Positions 43,021-53,000 of a stretch of DNA of 64,000 nucleotides are shown here, piece by piece. The notes under the pieces were generated by a model. It searched no databases and was not told the origin of the DNA. It saw nothing but the letters and a program-made list of their open reading frames with translations. Numbering within the stretch: position 1 is the first letter of the stretch; each line of letters opens with the position of its first letter. This stretch comes from Promethearchaeota archaeon (lineage in GTDB: Archaea; Asgardarchaeota; Lokiarchaeia; Sigyniarchaeales; SOKP01), in contig JAHLWP010000001.1 in NCBI GenBank assembly GCA_019057865.1, positions 1 to 64,000 of the forward strand, written 5' to 3'. The translations under genes were made by a program, and so were the position numbers.

Positions 43021-44616
43021 ATGATAACCGAAAAGAGTTTAACAATGGGAACCTCAGAAAAAGTTAGTAAAAAGAAAAGATTGGTAATTGTTTCAGATAC
43101 TCACATGACTCGTTGGGAAGGAGCGTTTAACCTTCACGCGTATAATGTAGGAATTGAGAAAATTAATAAAATAAAAGATGTGTCTCTTTTCCTTCATTTA
43201 GGTGATATAACTCATACGGGAACTTTATTAGAGTATGAATACGCTATGGAACAATTCAAAAAGTTTAAACCTATTTCAAAAGCTCCACTTATGTTTCTAA
43301 TTGGCAACCACGACAGTCTTAACGTTGGATATTTATTATTCGAAGAAATGATTGGTAGGAGACATTATGAGTATGAAGATGATGAATTATATGTGATTGG
43401 GGTTGATAGCACAAAACCAGATTTACCAGGTGGTATTATCCATCATAATATAAGAGAAGCTGTTAGAAAAAGACTAGAAAAACCAGAAAGGGAAGATAAA
43501 TTTAAAGTAGTGTGTTTTCATCACCAACTCATTCCGATACCCAATACAGGAAAAGAAAGATCAGCTATAGATGATTCAGGAGATATGCTTAAAATGTTAA
43601 TCGATGCTAAAGCAGATTTAGTGCTAAATGGGCATAGACATATTTCAAATCTATATGCTGTTTCCAGTAGTGAAAAAGATTTATATATTTTTAATGCCGG
43701 AACTTTTAGTTGCAATAAAACAAGATATAGAGAACTTTTTACCTATAGTATTATAGATATCTTAGGAAATAAAATCAATTTTAAAATTTTACCTATATTA
43801 GATTCAAATTTTAAGAAAGAGATACATAGGGAGGTTAATTATTATCTCCCTTTAGAAATTGAAATGGATCAAAAACCATTATGCAAATTTATACAATTTT
43901 CAAATTCTTTAATTTCTGCAGACTCAGAAGAGAAATTCACTAATTTAGATAAGGCAATAGATAAGATAAACAAAATAAAAAATATAGATTTAGTTGTACA
44001 TACAGGTAATTTATCTAAAAATAGCTATAAAGAAGAATTTATTATTGCTAAAGAAAAACTAAACAAATTGATTCATCCTCTTTTAGTGGTACCTGGTTTC
44101 ACTGATTCAAAACCTCCCGCATGGGATTATTGGATGAATTATATCGGTTCATTGGATCCTTTATATGAAAATGATAAAATTTATTTTCAGGGAATTAATT
44201 CTACTACTCCGGATTCTAATGAAGGATTTATAGGTCGAAAAAGGCTAAATAGATTCATAGATAAAGTATTAAAACTAAGCCATCAAAAAATATTTGGGGT
44301 GTGTTGTTTTCATAGTTTAATTCCTACACCGCTTTCAGTATGGAGAACAGAGTTAATTGATTCTGGAGATGTTCTCTCTCAATTCGCTCGTACACAAGTA
44401 GATATTGTATTAAATAATACACCAAGTATATCTTTTAATGCAAAGATTGAGAATACAATATTTTCGAATGGAGGAAATCTTGAAGTGGAACGTTTCGATA
44501 ATTCTTTTATTGAAATTGATATTTACAAGAAGGGATTTGTTGTTTTAAAAGAGCATAATTTAAGAACTGGTGAAGTTAAAGTAATTGGTAACTATTACAT
44601 TACAATTTTAATTTAA
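43021..44616 (+). CDS. Tandem calcineurin-like metallophosphoesterase (second domain degenerate)
   Basis: SDTH, GDIT, GNHD, FHH, GHRH in domain 1; FSNS, TGNL, PGFTD, NNTP in domain 2. Confidence 0.85.
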   Translation: MITEKSLTMGTSEKVSKKKRLVIVSDTHMTRWEGAFNLHAYNVGIEKINKIKDVSLFLHLGDITHTGTLLEYEYAMEQFKKFKPISKAPLMFLIGNHDSLNVGYLLFEEMIGRRHYEYEDDELYVIGVDSTKPDLPGGIIHHNIREAVRKRLEKPEREDKFKVVCFHHQLIPIPNTGKERSAIDDSGDMLKMLIDAKADLVLNGHRHISNLYAVSSSEKDLYIFNAGTFSCNKTRYRELFTYSIIDILGNKINFKILPILDSNFKKEIHREVNYYLPLEIEMDQKPLCKFIQFSNSLISADSEEKFTNLDKAIDKINKIKNIDLVVHTGNLSKNSYKEEFIIAKEKLNKLIHPLLVVPGFTDSKPPAWDYWMNYIGSLDPLYENDKIYFQGINSTTPDSNEGFIGRKRLNRFIDKVLKLSHQKIFGVCCFHSLIPTPLSVWRTELIDSGDVLSQFARTQVDIVLNNTPSISFNAKIENTIFSNGGNLEVERFDNSFIEIDIYKKGFVVLKEHNLRTGEVKVIGNYYITILI

Positions 44617-44667
44617 TCTAAAAATAATTTTAATTTTTAACATCATATTATCAATTTTGATAGAGAC

Positions 44668-45903
44668 ATGAAGAATCCTATTTACTTAAAACAATTTAAT
44701 TTGATTCTTATCAGATACAACGAGATTTGGTTAAAATCTCAAAAAGTAAAAATTCGAATGTTAAGAATCTTAATGAACAATATTAAAAATATGTTAAAAC
44801 GTGAGGGAATATCATTTCATAAATATCAGCTAAGTAAAGATTCAGCAAGAATATTCTTTTTTTTAAAAAATAAAGATATATGTAATGCTATAGAAGTTTT
44901 AAAGAACGCTTTTGGAATATATTCACTAAGTCCAACTTTAAGAACTTCAAGCGAACTCAAAAATATAACTAAAAAAACTATTGAAGTATGTGAGGAAGTA
45001 TTGAAAAAAGGGGATACTTTTGCTCTTAGAGTTAAACGATCAGGAAAACATGAATTTTCTTCCCAAGATGTCGCTGTAAAAGTAGGAAAAGCAATATTAG
45101 ATAATTTTTCGAATTTAAATTTAAAGGTTAATCTATCAAATCCTAAAAAGAAGATTTTTATAGAAGTCAGAGATGAATTTGCTTACATTTTTACCCAGAT
45201 AATCAAAAGTAAATGGGGAGGTTTACCTATTGAAACAAATAAGAAAATCTTAATAATGGATGTTGGAAGAATTAATGATATTATTGCTGGATTTTTATTG
45301 ATGAGAAGAGGATGTGAAATTTACCCTATATTATTTAACCTAACTGAAAATAACGATGTTTTTGAAAAAAGAATATTAAATTGGAAGGAATTAATACATT
45401 TTACTCCTTATTTTAAATTCACGATAAGAAAAATTAATTTAGTTGAGATAATTCAAAACATCTTGCATGAACTTAGTGAGGAGAAATATATCTGTGCTAT
45501 CTGTCGGCTTATTAGGTTTGATATTATCTCAAAAATATTAAAAGATTCAAATATAAATGTTTTCGACAAAATTAGGGCAATTTCTGATGGAGTAAGTTTA
45601 AATAATTCAACACTATGTACCGATGATATTGATTTAGAATCACTCTCATTCAATTTTTTATTTTCTGAATATCCAATCTTTACATCATTAATAGGTTCAG
45701 ATTTAGAAAAAATTCAACATTTCCAAAATAACATATCAAAGAAACTATTAAAAGTCGATTACTGTCAATTTAAACCTAAAAATCAAGAATTTAATAGTCA
45801 AATTTTAGAAAAATTATATAGATCTTTAAAACTTGAGGATATAATAAAGGATAGTATAGAAAGTATGGAAGAATATGATATTTTACTAAATGAAACTCTC
45901 TAA
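44668..45903 (+). CDS. THUMP-domain ThiI-like protein with a degenerate PP-loop
   Basis: IRYNEIWLKS, TFALRVKRSGKH.F.S, VNL.NP, GGLP, LMRRG; SGGxDS is absent. Confidence 0.82.
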   Translation: MKNPIYLKQFNLILIRYNEIWLKSQKVKIRMLRILMNNIKNMLKREGISFHKYQLSKDSARIFFFLKNKDICNAIEVLKNAFGIYSLSPTLRTSSELKNITKKTIEVCEEVLKKGDTFALRVKRSGKHEFSSQDVAVKVGKAILDNFSNLNLKVNLSNPKKKIFIEVRDEFAYIFTQIIKSKWGGLPIETNKKILIMDVGRINDIIAGFLLMRRGCEIYPILFNLTENNDVFEKRILNWKELIHFTPYFKFTIRKINLVEIIQNILHELSEEKYICAICRLIRFDIISKILKDSNINVFDKIRAISDGVSLNNSTLCTDDIDLESLSFNFLFSEYPIFTSLIGSDLEKIQHFQNNISKKLLKVDYCQFKPKNQEFNSQILEKLYRSLKLEDIIKDSIESMEEYDILLNETL

Positions 45904-46046
45904 AAAGAAACTTAACATATTAATTTATTTTATGGTTTATAAAAATGAAACTTAAAAGAAAGGAATCTTTCTAGAAAACTCAGAAATAGAGATTATTTGG
46001 TTTTAACATTAACAAGATTATGTAATTCTCAATTATAATAAAAGGA

Positions 46047-46334
46047 ATGATTATGGCAAAAGTAAAATTGAACCTATTAAATATCTTTCAATTAAAACTT
46101 AATAAAAAATTTATTGAATATGAGGGAAACACTGTTGGGGATATAATCTCTAAATTTATAGATGAGAATAAAGAAAAACTTGATGAAAATTTAATAATTA
46201 AAAACAAAAAAAAGCTAAATCCACAAATGCTAATTTTAGTGAATGGACGGAATATTAAATACTTAAATAATTATAAAACCAAACTTAGTAATGGAGATGA
46301 GCTATACCTATCATTTCCTTTGGCAGGGGGCTAA
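46047..46334 (+). CDS. MoaD/ThiS/SAMP ubiquitin-like protein
   Basis: ILVNGR, L..GDE, C-terminal PLAGG. Confidence 0.9.
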   Translation: MIMAKVKLNLLNIFQLKLNKKFIEYEGNTVGDIISKFIDENKEKLDENLIIKNKKKLNPQMLILVNGRNIKYLNNYKTKLSNGDELYLSFPLAGG

Positions 46335-46477
46335 CTTAATTAAATGTTGAGTATATTACCTCAAGACAAAAATAGTCTTATAATTTCTTACGAAATGTAA
46401 TGATTTATTAATATCTTTAATTATTGAATTATTATTGGATAAACTTTTTTAGGTAATACAACATAAATAATTTCAGA

Positions 46478-46519
46478 AATCAATATGTACGCAAGTATTA
46501 TAACCGCAATTACAAAAAG
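46478..46519 (+). repeat. Internally deleted duplicate of the GTPase 5' end
   Basis: 46478-46492 = 46532-46546, and 46492-46519 = 46588-46615. Confidence 0.88.
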
Positions 46520-46538
46520 GGGTCGGATTTGAATCAAT

Positions 46539-47477
46539 ATGTACGCTAGGAAGGTAGTTTTTTTAGGACTCGACTTTGCAGGTAAAACAAGTATTATAAC
46601 CGCAATTACAAAAAGATTTGGTTTTGAAGAAGAGGTAGCAAGATTAAAACCAACTCGAAGAGTTGCTAGGGATACTTTTAGATTTTTAGGATTAGAATTT
46701 TATAGAATGGATTTTGGGGGTCAAGCCCAATACAGAGAAGATTATTTAAAAAATCCAGCAAAATATTTAAGCGGAACAGATTTGATTTTTTATGTTATTG
46801 ATGCCCAAGATTATAACAGATATATAGAAACCATAGATTATCTAGACCAACTTCTGCTTTTTTTTAAAGAGGAACAAGATTATCCTCCTATATGTGTGTT
46901 ATTCCATAAAATGGACCCTCAATTCGTCAAAGATAGAGTCATTAATCGAAAAATTCTTACGTTAAAGCAAGCACTTACGAGATATTCACATGATTTTGAT
47001 ATTTTTTTCTTTGAAACGACTATATTTGACATCAAATCGATAATGACAGCGTTTTCAAGTGGCCTATCAATGGTATTTGAAAAGATGGAAATAGTTTCAA
47101 ATTTATTTTCAGAGATAAGTAGGAATTACAACTCAATTTTAATTGCATTATTTGATGCAAAAGGGATAACAATTGGAGAATATTATAAGCCTCATCTACA
47201 ATTAAAAGAAAAAATAAAAATCTATGAAATTTATATTAAGTTACAAAAGCAGATTGTAGCAGAAAATAGAACTTTACTTGAATTTTCTGATAAATTTGAT
47301 AGTGGAATTAAATTTTCTGGCGTAATTGAAGTTCTTAATTTTGGCAATTTATATTTTTATTTATTATTTATAATACAAGAGGATGAAACTGATTTGGAAA
47401 AAACAGTTGATATTTTAAATAAAATTGAGTCGGCTAAACCCCAAATGGAGAATTTGATTTTACAGATTATCCAATAA
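46539..47477 (+). CDS. Arf/Rag-like small GTPase with a C-terminal roadblock/longin-like domain
   Basis: GLDFAGKTS, PT, DFGGQ, YVID, HKMD, ETTI; about 130-aa C-terminal alpha/beta extension. Confidence 0.88.
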   Translation: MYARKVVFLGLDFAGKTSIITAITKRFGFEEEVARLKPTRRVARDTFRFLGLEFYRMDFGGQAQYREDYLKNPAKYLSGTDLIFYVIDAQDYNRYIETIDYLDQLLLFFKEEQDYPPICVLFHKMDPQFVKDRVINRKILTLKQALTRYSHDFDIFFFETTIFDIKSIMTAFSSGLSMVFEKMEIVSNLFSEISRNYNSILIALFDAKGITIGEYYKPHLQLKEKIKIYEIYIKLQKQIVAENRTLLEFSDKFDSGIKFSGVIEVLNFGNLYFYLLFIIQEDETDLEKTVDILNKIESAKPQMENLILQIIQ

Positions 47478-48482
47478 AATCCTGATTATTTTCAATAAAT
47501 AAGTAGCGTATTTTCCACATAAACTAAGAATAGATTTCAATTGATCAGAATTCTCTTTTTTAAGCAACTCATTTAATTTAAATTTATCTTCTACAGCATC
47601 ATATAATTTTGTTAAAAATCCAGCAGCGTAACAATCTCCAGCTCCTGTTCGATCTACTATTTCTGAGACTTCAACACCAGGAAAGTGAAGATTAAAGAAA
47701 TCAGTTATTATATAAGAACCCTTACTTCCTGCTGTATAAACCCGGATTTTTGCATATGGTTTGAATTTTTCATCAACTTCTATTACTGATGAATGGTTAT
47801 TTTTTAAAATAATATATGCATCTTTCAAATTAAGAAAAAAAAGATCATATCTTTTCCTTATTAATTGAGTTAATTGTTGTAAAGTTTGAACTTTTTGAGT
47901 TTCAATATTATATGCTGTGATTAAATCTAATTGAGAAGCTCTTTCAAATATTTCTATAAACTTTTTAGCAATAGGAGTAGAAAAAATTATTTTCCCATTC
48001 TCAAATATAACATCATCTACTTTTTTTCCCTCAAAACTCATTTTATTTTTCAAGTTTGGAGCCAAATGGATTTTAGTAGTAAAACTAGACTTTATTATAG
48101 TGCTAACTGGAGTGATTTCATCTATTTGAAAAACAGCATCAGTATTAATACCTAATGCTTTTAATTCATCATACATCCATTCACTTCCTCTCCCAATGAT
48201 TGAAATTAGTTTTGTTGGAATTCCCAATCTAGTGAGAAATTCACTTGAATTATTACCATTACCTCCACGTTTAAAATAACAATGGCCAATGATTTTTTTA
48301 GGTGTTTCTGAAAATCCACTTTTGATAACTTTCTCAAATATCTTGCGATTTAAATCATCAGGATTATACTTAATAAATTGACTTAATCGAGATACGATTT
48401 TTTCAACTAATTGCTCGTAAAAATCGCTTTCATAATTAAGATCTAGATGCAGTTCACCTAGAACTAGTATTTCTTTTAACAT
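47460..48482 (-). CDS. PfkB-family carbohydrate kinase
   Basis: GGNGNN, VDRTGAGDCYAAGF. Confidence 0.9.
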   Translation of the reverse strand: MLKEILVLGELHLDLNYESDFYEQLVEKIVSRLSQFIKYNPDDLNRKIFEKVIKSGFSETPKKIIGHCYFKRGGNGNNSSEFLTRLGIPTKLISIIGRGSEWMYDELKALGINTDAVFQIDEITPVSTIIKSSFTTKIHLAPNLKNKMSFEGKKVDDVIFENGKIIFSTPIAKKFIEIFERASQLDLITAYNIETQKVQTLQQLTQLIRKRYDLFFLNLKDAYIILKNNHSSVIEVDEKFKPYAKIRVYTAGSKGSYIITDFFNLHFPGVEVSEIVDRTGAGDCYAAGFLTKLYDAVEDKFKLNELLKKENSDQLKSILSLCGKYATYLLKIIRILLDNL

Positions 48483-48513
48483 GATAGTTCCCCCTAGTAA
48501 AATAAATCTTTAA

Positions 48514-48617
48514 CGCAGATGGAGGGAATCGAACCCCCGAGCGCTTTCGCGCACCGGCTCTCTATGTCAGCAAAAAAACTCTCGAGGCCGGCGTCTTACC
48601 AGCTAGGCTACATCTGC
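48514..48617 (-). tRNA. tRNA-Ser(CGA) with a 21-nt intron (48560-48580) at position 37/38
   Basis: Acceptor stem GCAGATG/CATCTGC with G73; D arm GCCTAGCTGGTAAGAC; anticodon stem CCGGC/GCCGG; long variable arm GCGC-GAAA-GCGC; GGTTCGATTCC T arm; CCA not encoded. Confidence 0.9.
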
Positions 48618-48704
48618 TTAAATGTGAAATTATATAAAACTACTATTAATTTTAAAATGGAATAGATATAAATTTCTTTCCATTTTAAGGTTAAGAGAAA
48701 CTAG

Positions 48705-49007
48705 TTATTTTGATACCGGAACATAGATTTTTAATTTTAAAGAGGGGTCTAGTAATTTAATTAATCCTTCTTCTTCATATTGTTTAAATAATAATTTTAC
48801 TGTTGAGACTCTTATATCATATTTTAATGCGATATCTGTTGCTAGAATGCTTTTCCTTTTTAATATTTCTTCTTTTAGATCTTTCTCAAGCTTTCTCGGA
48901 ATGAATGCATCTCTCTCAACAACATTTATCTGTTTGGTTCTTCCATATTTTCTTCTTAGATTTAATGTTCCTTTTCTTACTATTAGTTTTTCTTCTTTCT
49001 CAGACAA
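48705..49007 (-). CDS. rps25e: 30S ribosomal protein S25e
   Basis: Basic N-terminus plus wHTH (IALKYDIRVSTVK....EEEGLIK....KIY). Confidence 0.8.
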   Translation of the reverse strand: MSEKEEKLIVRKGTLNLRRKYGRTKQINVVERDAFIPRKLEKDLKEEILKRKSILATDIALKYDIRVSTVKLLFKQYEEEGLIKLLDPSLKLKIYVPVSK

Positions 49008-49159
49008 ATAAAATCACAAAATTTTCTCGAAGATGAGTATTCGAATAATTTGAAATAAAAAATATTTAAAATCTAATAAAATTTTTGATTTAATATTGAA
49101 TTATAAATAAGATAGATATTGCTAACCATAATATAATGAGTTTTTAAGCTACAAGGAAA

Positions 49160-49795
49160 TTGAATGAAGATTTTAATTTTAATGTAAAGAAAGAGAGACC
49201 AGAAGAGATTTACCAGAATATTTTTGATTACTATACGGAACAAACAATTCTTCAATATGCTACTTCAAAAAGTATGAAAAAAATACAAGAAAAGATAACA
49301 TTAAGAGCTCTCGAAATCTTAGATCATACAAAAAAAAATTATATAATTTTAGATGCAGGAAGTGGACCAGGTTTTACATCCATTTTTTTAAAAACACTTG
49401 GTTATAAGAATGTTGTTGCTCTTGATTTGATCTCTGATTTCCTAAAGATTTTTGATCTGAAAGATGTGAATCCAATATTAGCAGATATGTGCTTTCTTCC
49501 ATTTCGATCTCATATTTTTGATGCTGTCATTTCAATTTCAGCTTTACAATGGATATATAGAGATATTAATAATAAAAGTATGGATTTGAAGTTAATAAAT
49601 ATGATAAACTCTTTTTATAATGCTCTAAAACCTAAATGTAAGGCAGTAATTCAATTTTATCCTAAGAATAAAACAATTATGGAAAATATAGGGAAAATAA
49701 TTGTAAAGAACACCGATTTTGATGGAAATTTCATAATAGACAATCCAAATAATCCTAAAAAGAGAAAAATTTTTTTATTACTGAAGAAAAATTAA
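49160..49795 (+). CDS. Class I SAM methyltransferase, Bud23/WBSCR22-like
   Basis: RPEE, IQEKITLRALEIL, ILDAGSGPG, PFR...FDAVISISALQW, QFYPKN, DNP...K.RK.FL.L. Confidence 0.82.
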   Translation: MNEDFNFNVKKERPEEIYQNIFDYYTEQTILQYATSKSMKKIQEKITLRALEILDHTKKNYIILDAGSGPGFTSIFLKTLGYKNVVALDLISDFLKIFDLKDVNPILADMCFLPFRSHIFDAVISISALQWIYRDINNKSMDLKLINMINSFYNALKPKCKAVIQFYPKNKTIMENIGKIIVKNTDFDGNFIIDNPNNPKKRKIFLLLKKN

Positions 49796-50046
49796 TAAAT
49801 TTTAGAAACAAGATGATATAACTTTAAGTTCTCTATTTTAAAGATATGATAAAATCTAGTTGTTTTATTTTCTTAATTGCTTAATATTTTTTATCTAATA
49901 GTAAAGATTTTTATTTACAAGATTTATTATTTTTATACATTTTTCAAAAATTAATAAAAACATATATACTAGAAATAGGATCTTAATGTTAACAAATTCT
50001 ATTTTTTCGTATATAAAAAAAATTTGTTATAAAAAAGGTAATAAAT

Positions 50047-53000
50047 ATGAATACAAATTTTCATAAAAATACAAAATGCTTAATTTCAGTTATTCTTTTG
50101 TCGATGCTCGTAGTAAGCTCTTTGTCTACAATATTTCCAACGACTTCTAACGAAATGAACTCTGATTCTGATTTAGGAACTGATCCATTAAACCCAATTG
50201 ATGATAATTTGGAAATTTCTGATACTTATCAAGTTGGTGATGAATATGAATTGGATGAGTGGTGGAATACAACTTATAGATACCGAATTGGCATTGAAAT
50301 GGAAGAACTTGATGGTATAGATAGGTACGAACCTGTGGAACTTATCTTGGAATTTGAAGAAAATACGTATTATGAAGGTACTGAAAGAATTGTTGCATAC
50401 TATGGATATAATAATTGGAGCGATCCTATACCTGTTCAGGTTTGGAATGTTAATAAATATAGTGGTACTGATTTTATTCAAAATTGTTCAGCTACCTTTA
50501 TCGCGAGTGTTTCAGCAAATAGCAATCAAACTTACTTCTTTTACTATAATGAAAATGATGATAATATAGAAACTGTAGATATTTATGATACAGGTTTTGA
50601 AAGTGATTTTATCGGTGGAACGACTTTAACTGTTAATGTTGCAGGAGATTCCGGCTCTGATTATTCGTTAATACTTCAAGAAGGTTTTGGTGTAAAAGTC
50701 TTAAAAAAAGATGGTATTGATCTAAATTATCATCAGGCTGAATCATTAGCTCCAGAAAAACAATTAACACATCCAAATTTAGTATTTCTAGCTCATATGG
50801 ATGAAAATATGGGGAATATGGTTTATGATTCAACGGGTAATGTACCTTTAGGTGGTTTTGTCGATGGTGCTACCTGGACTTCTGGAATTGTAAGATATGG
50901 ATTACTTTTTGATGGTTCAAATGATTATGTTGATTTTGGGGCTGAGTTGGAATCCTCGGGTGATCCCTTTCATGGAGCAACTACACAATGGACTATGACA
51001 GCTTGGATTAAACCCGATGATTTAAGTGATTCTACTGCAACTAATCATGGCACCCAGAACTGTTTCATGGCTAAAGCAAGTGATCCTAGGAATGATAACT
51101 TTGAAATAGGTGTAAATACTAACGGCAAAATTCATGTATATCTTGATATGGATGGTAGAGATAGTCAATTAAATTTTGATCTTACTGGAACAGTTGAAGT
51201 AGATAAATGGAATTTTGTTGCATTAAAAGTAGATTTAGCTAAATCCAATTATAAAGTAGGAGTTAAAGTTAACGACGCTTCTTTTCAATATACAACCAAT
51301 TGGGATTCTGGTAATGATATGGATGAAGCATATGGCAGCACTTTTTCAATTGGATCATCAGAACATATAGATAATTATTTTGAGGGTAGTATTGATGAAG
51401 TTGCTTTTTATGATATTCCCCTTTCTGATGAAGATATTGAAAATTATAAATATCTATCTGAACCTTCTGTAATCGATCAAATAATTCAACTTGTAAAGGG
51501 GGATGTGTTTTCTCGATATCAAGTTGATTGGACTGAGACTTTTGATATGCATGTATCAGATATTTGTACTTTTTATTGGGATTATAATCTGTGGAGTATT
51601 GAACGTAGTATATATTTTGATGGTCCATACTACGCAAATGAATCTGCGATGATTCCATTGAATACACATTATAATTATACACTTATTGATGATCATGATT
51701 TATGCAGATACATCTATGATGGTAATATTGATATTGATATAACAGATCCTGATTTTACTGCGGAAGATTATACAGTTGTTTATAATTATCCGGATTTATC
51801 CAAGGATGCAATTGGAATTTTTGTAGAGAATTATACTTTGACCAACTCACTCCAAATGAGTATGACTTATTTTAATGGTACTACCAAGTATTATGATAAT
51901 TCAATAGATTTTACTCCAGGAGTGAATAATGATCTTGATAATAGTGGTGGAACTGCTATTAATACATTGGTTGTACAATTTTGGGAATTTGTTGATACTG
52001 TTCCCTATATTGGTGATAATGAATTAAGTTGGTATTTCAATAATATTAGTTCTTCACTTAAAAATCCTGTTAATATTTATATTTACGAGGAAGATAGTAG
52101 ATTCTATAATATCGAAGTATATGTTGAAGATTCCGATGGTAGACCTGTTCCTGAAGCAACAATTACTATTTGGAACAACACTGCTAGTGCTACTGAATAC
52201 CAATGGAACCAAGACACCGATACAATTGGATGGACTACTTTCAAGCGATTTATTAATGGAACATATGTTGTAAACGCATCCTATGTCAGATATGGGCAAA
52301 CTCTAACTATTACTACCTCTCAAACTGTCGTAAATCTCGGAGATATCGTTGATGAAAAAGGCGTCTATACTATAAATTTCTTAAACGTTGATCTAACATC
52401 TATCGTTTTAAATTGTTCAAGATATGATGAATTATTTGATTGGCAAGGACCATTATCAGGTGCTAAATTAAACTTTACATTTGATGATGGAACTGGACCA
52501 GTAGTACTTAATGGTTATGAAACAACTAATGCAACAGGTGCAGCTGTATTTCGCTGGAAGGATACAACTTCTGGTAATATATCTGTTTCAATTTTTTGGT
52601 ATGTCGACTGGATGGATGACATTTATACAGCGGATGATAATTTACCAGGTGATATTACTATAATTAATTTAAATTTTACCGAATCCGCATGGCATGAAGT
52701 TAGTATCATTGAAGGAAGAGAATTTCAAACTCATTTAAGAGTTTATGATGAAGGTGTACAATTAAAACAGTTGGGACAAATAATATATCTTTGGGTTAAT
52801 TTTTCTTATACCGAAAATAACACTAATCCAAAGGGGATGGAGGAGCCACTTACAATTACAATGGATCTAAAAGATGCTACACGAGTAATCAATCAAAATA
52901 CATTAGTTTTTAGCTCTGGAACTGGAGCAGGTAATTATAGCATTACATTTGATACTTCTCAACCAATAGAAATGGGTGGAGAGTCATGGCTTTCAAGTGT

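Noticed and set aside
47460-47477. Convergent 18-nt overlap of the GTPase and PfkB genes as a regulatory feature
   Set aside because: Short tail-to-tail overlaps are common in compact archaeal genomes; nothing else supports a function
48514-48617. tRNA-Sec or tRNA-Leu identity for the long-arm tRNA
   Set aside because: The 7-bp acceptor stem, CGA anticodon and G73 fit tRNA-Ser; there is no UCA anticodon or extended acceptor stem
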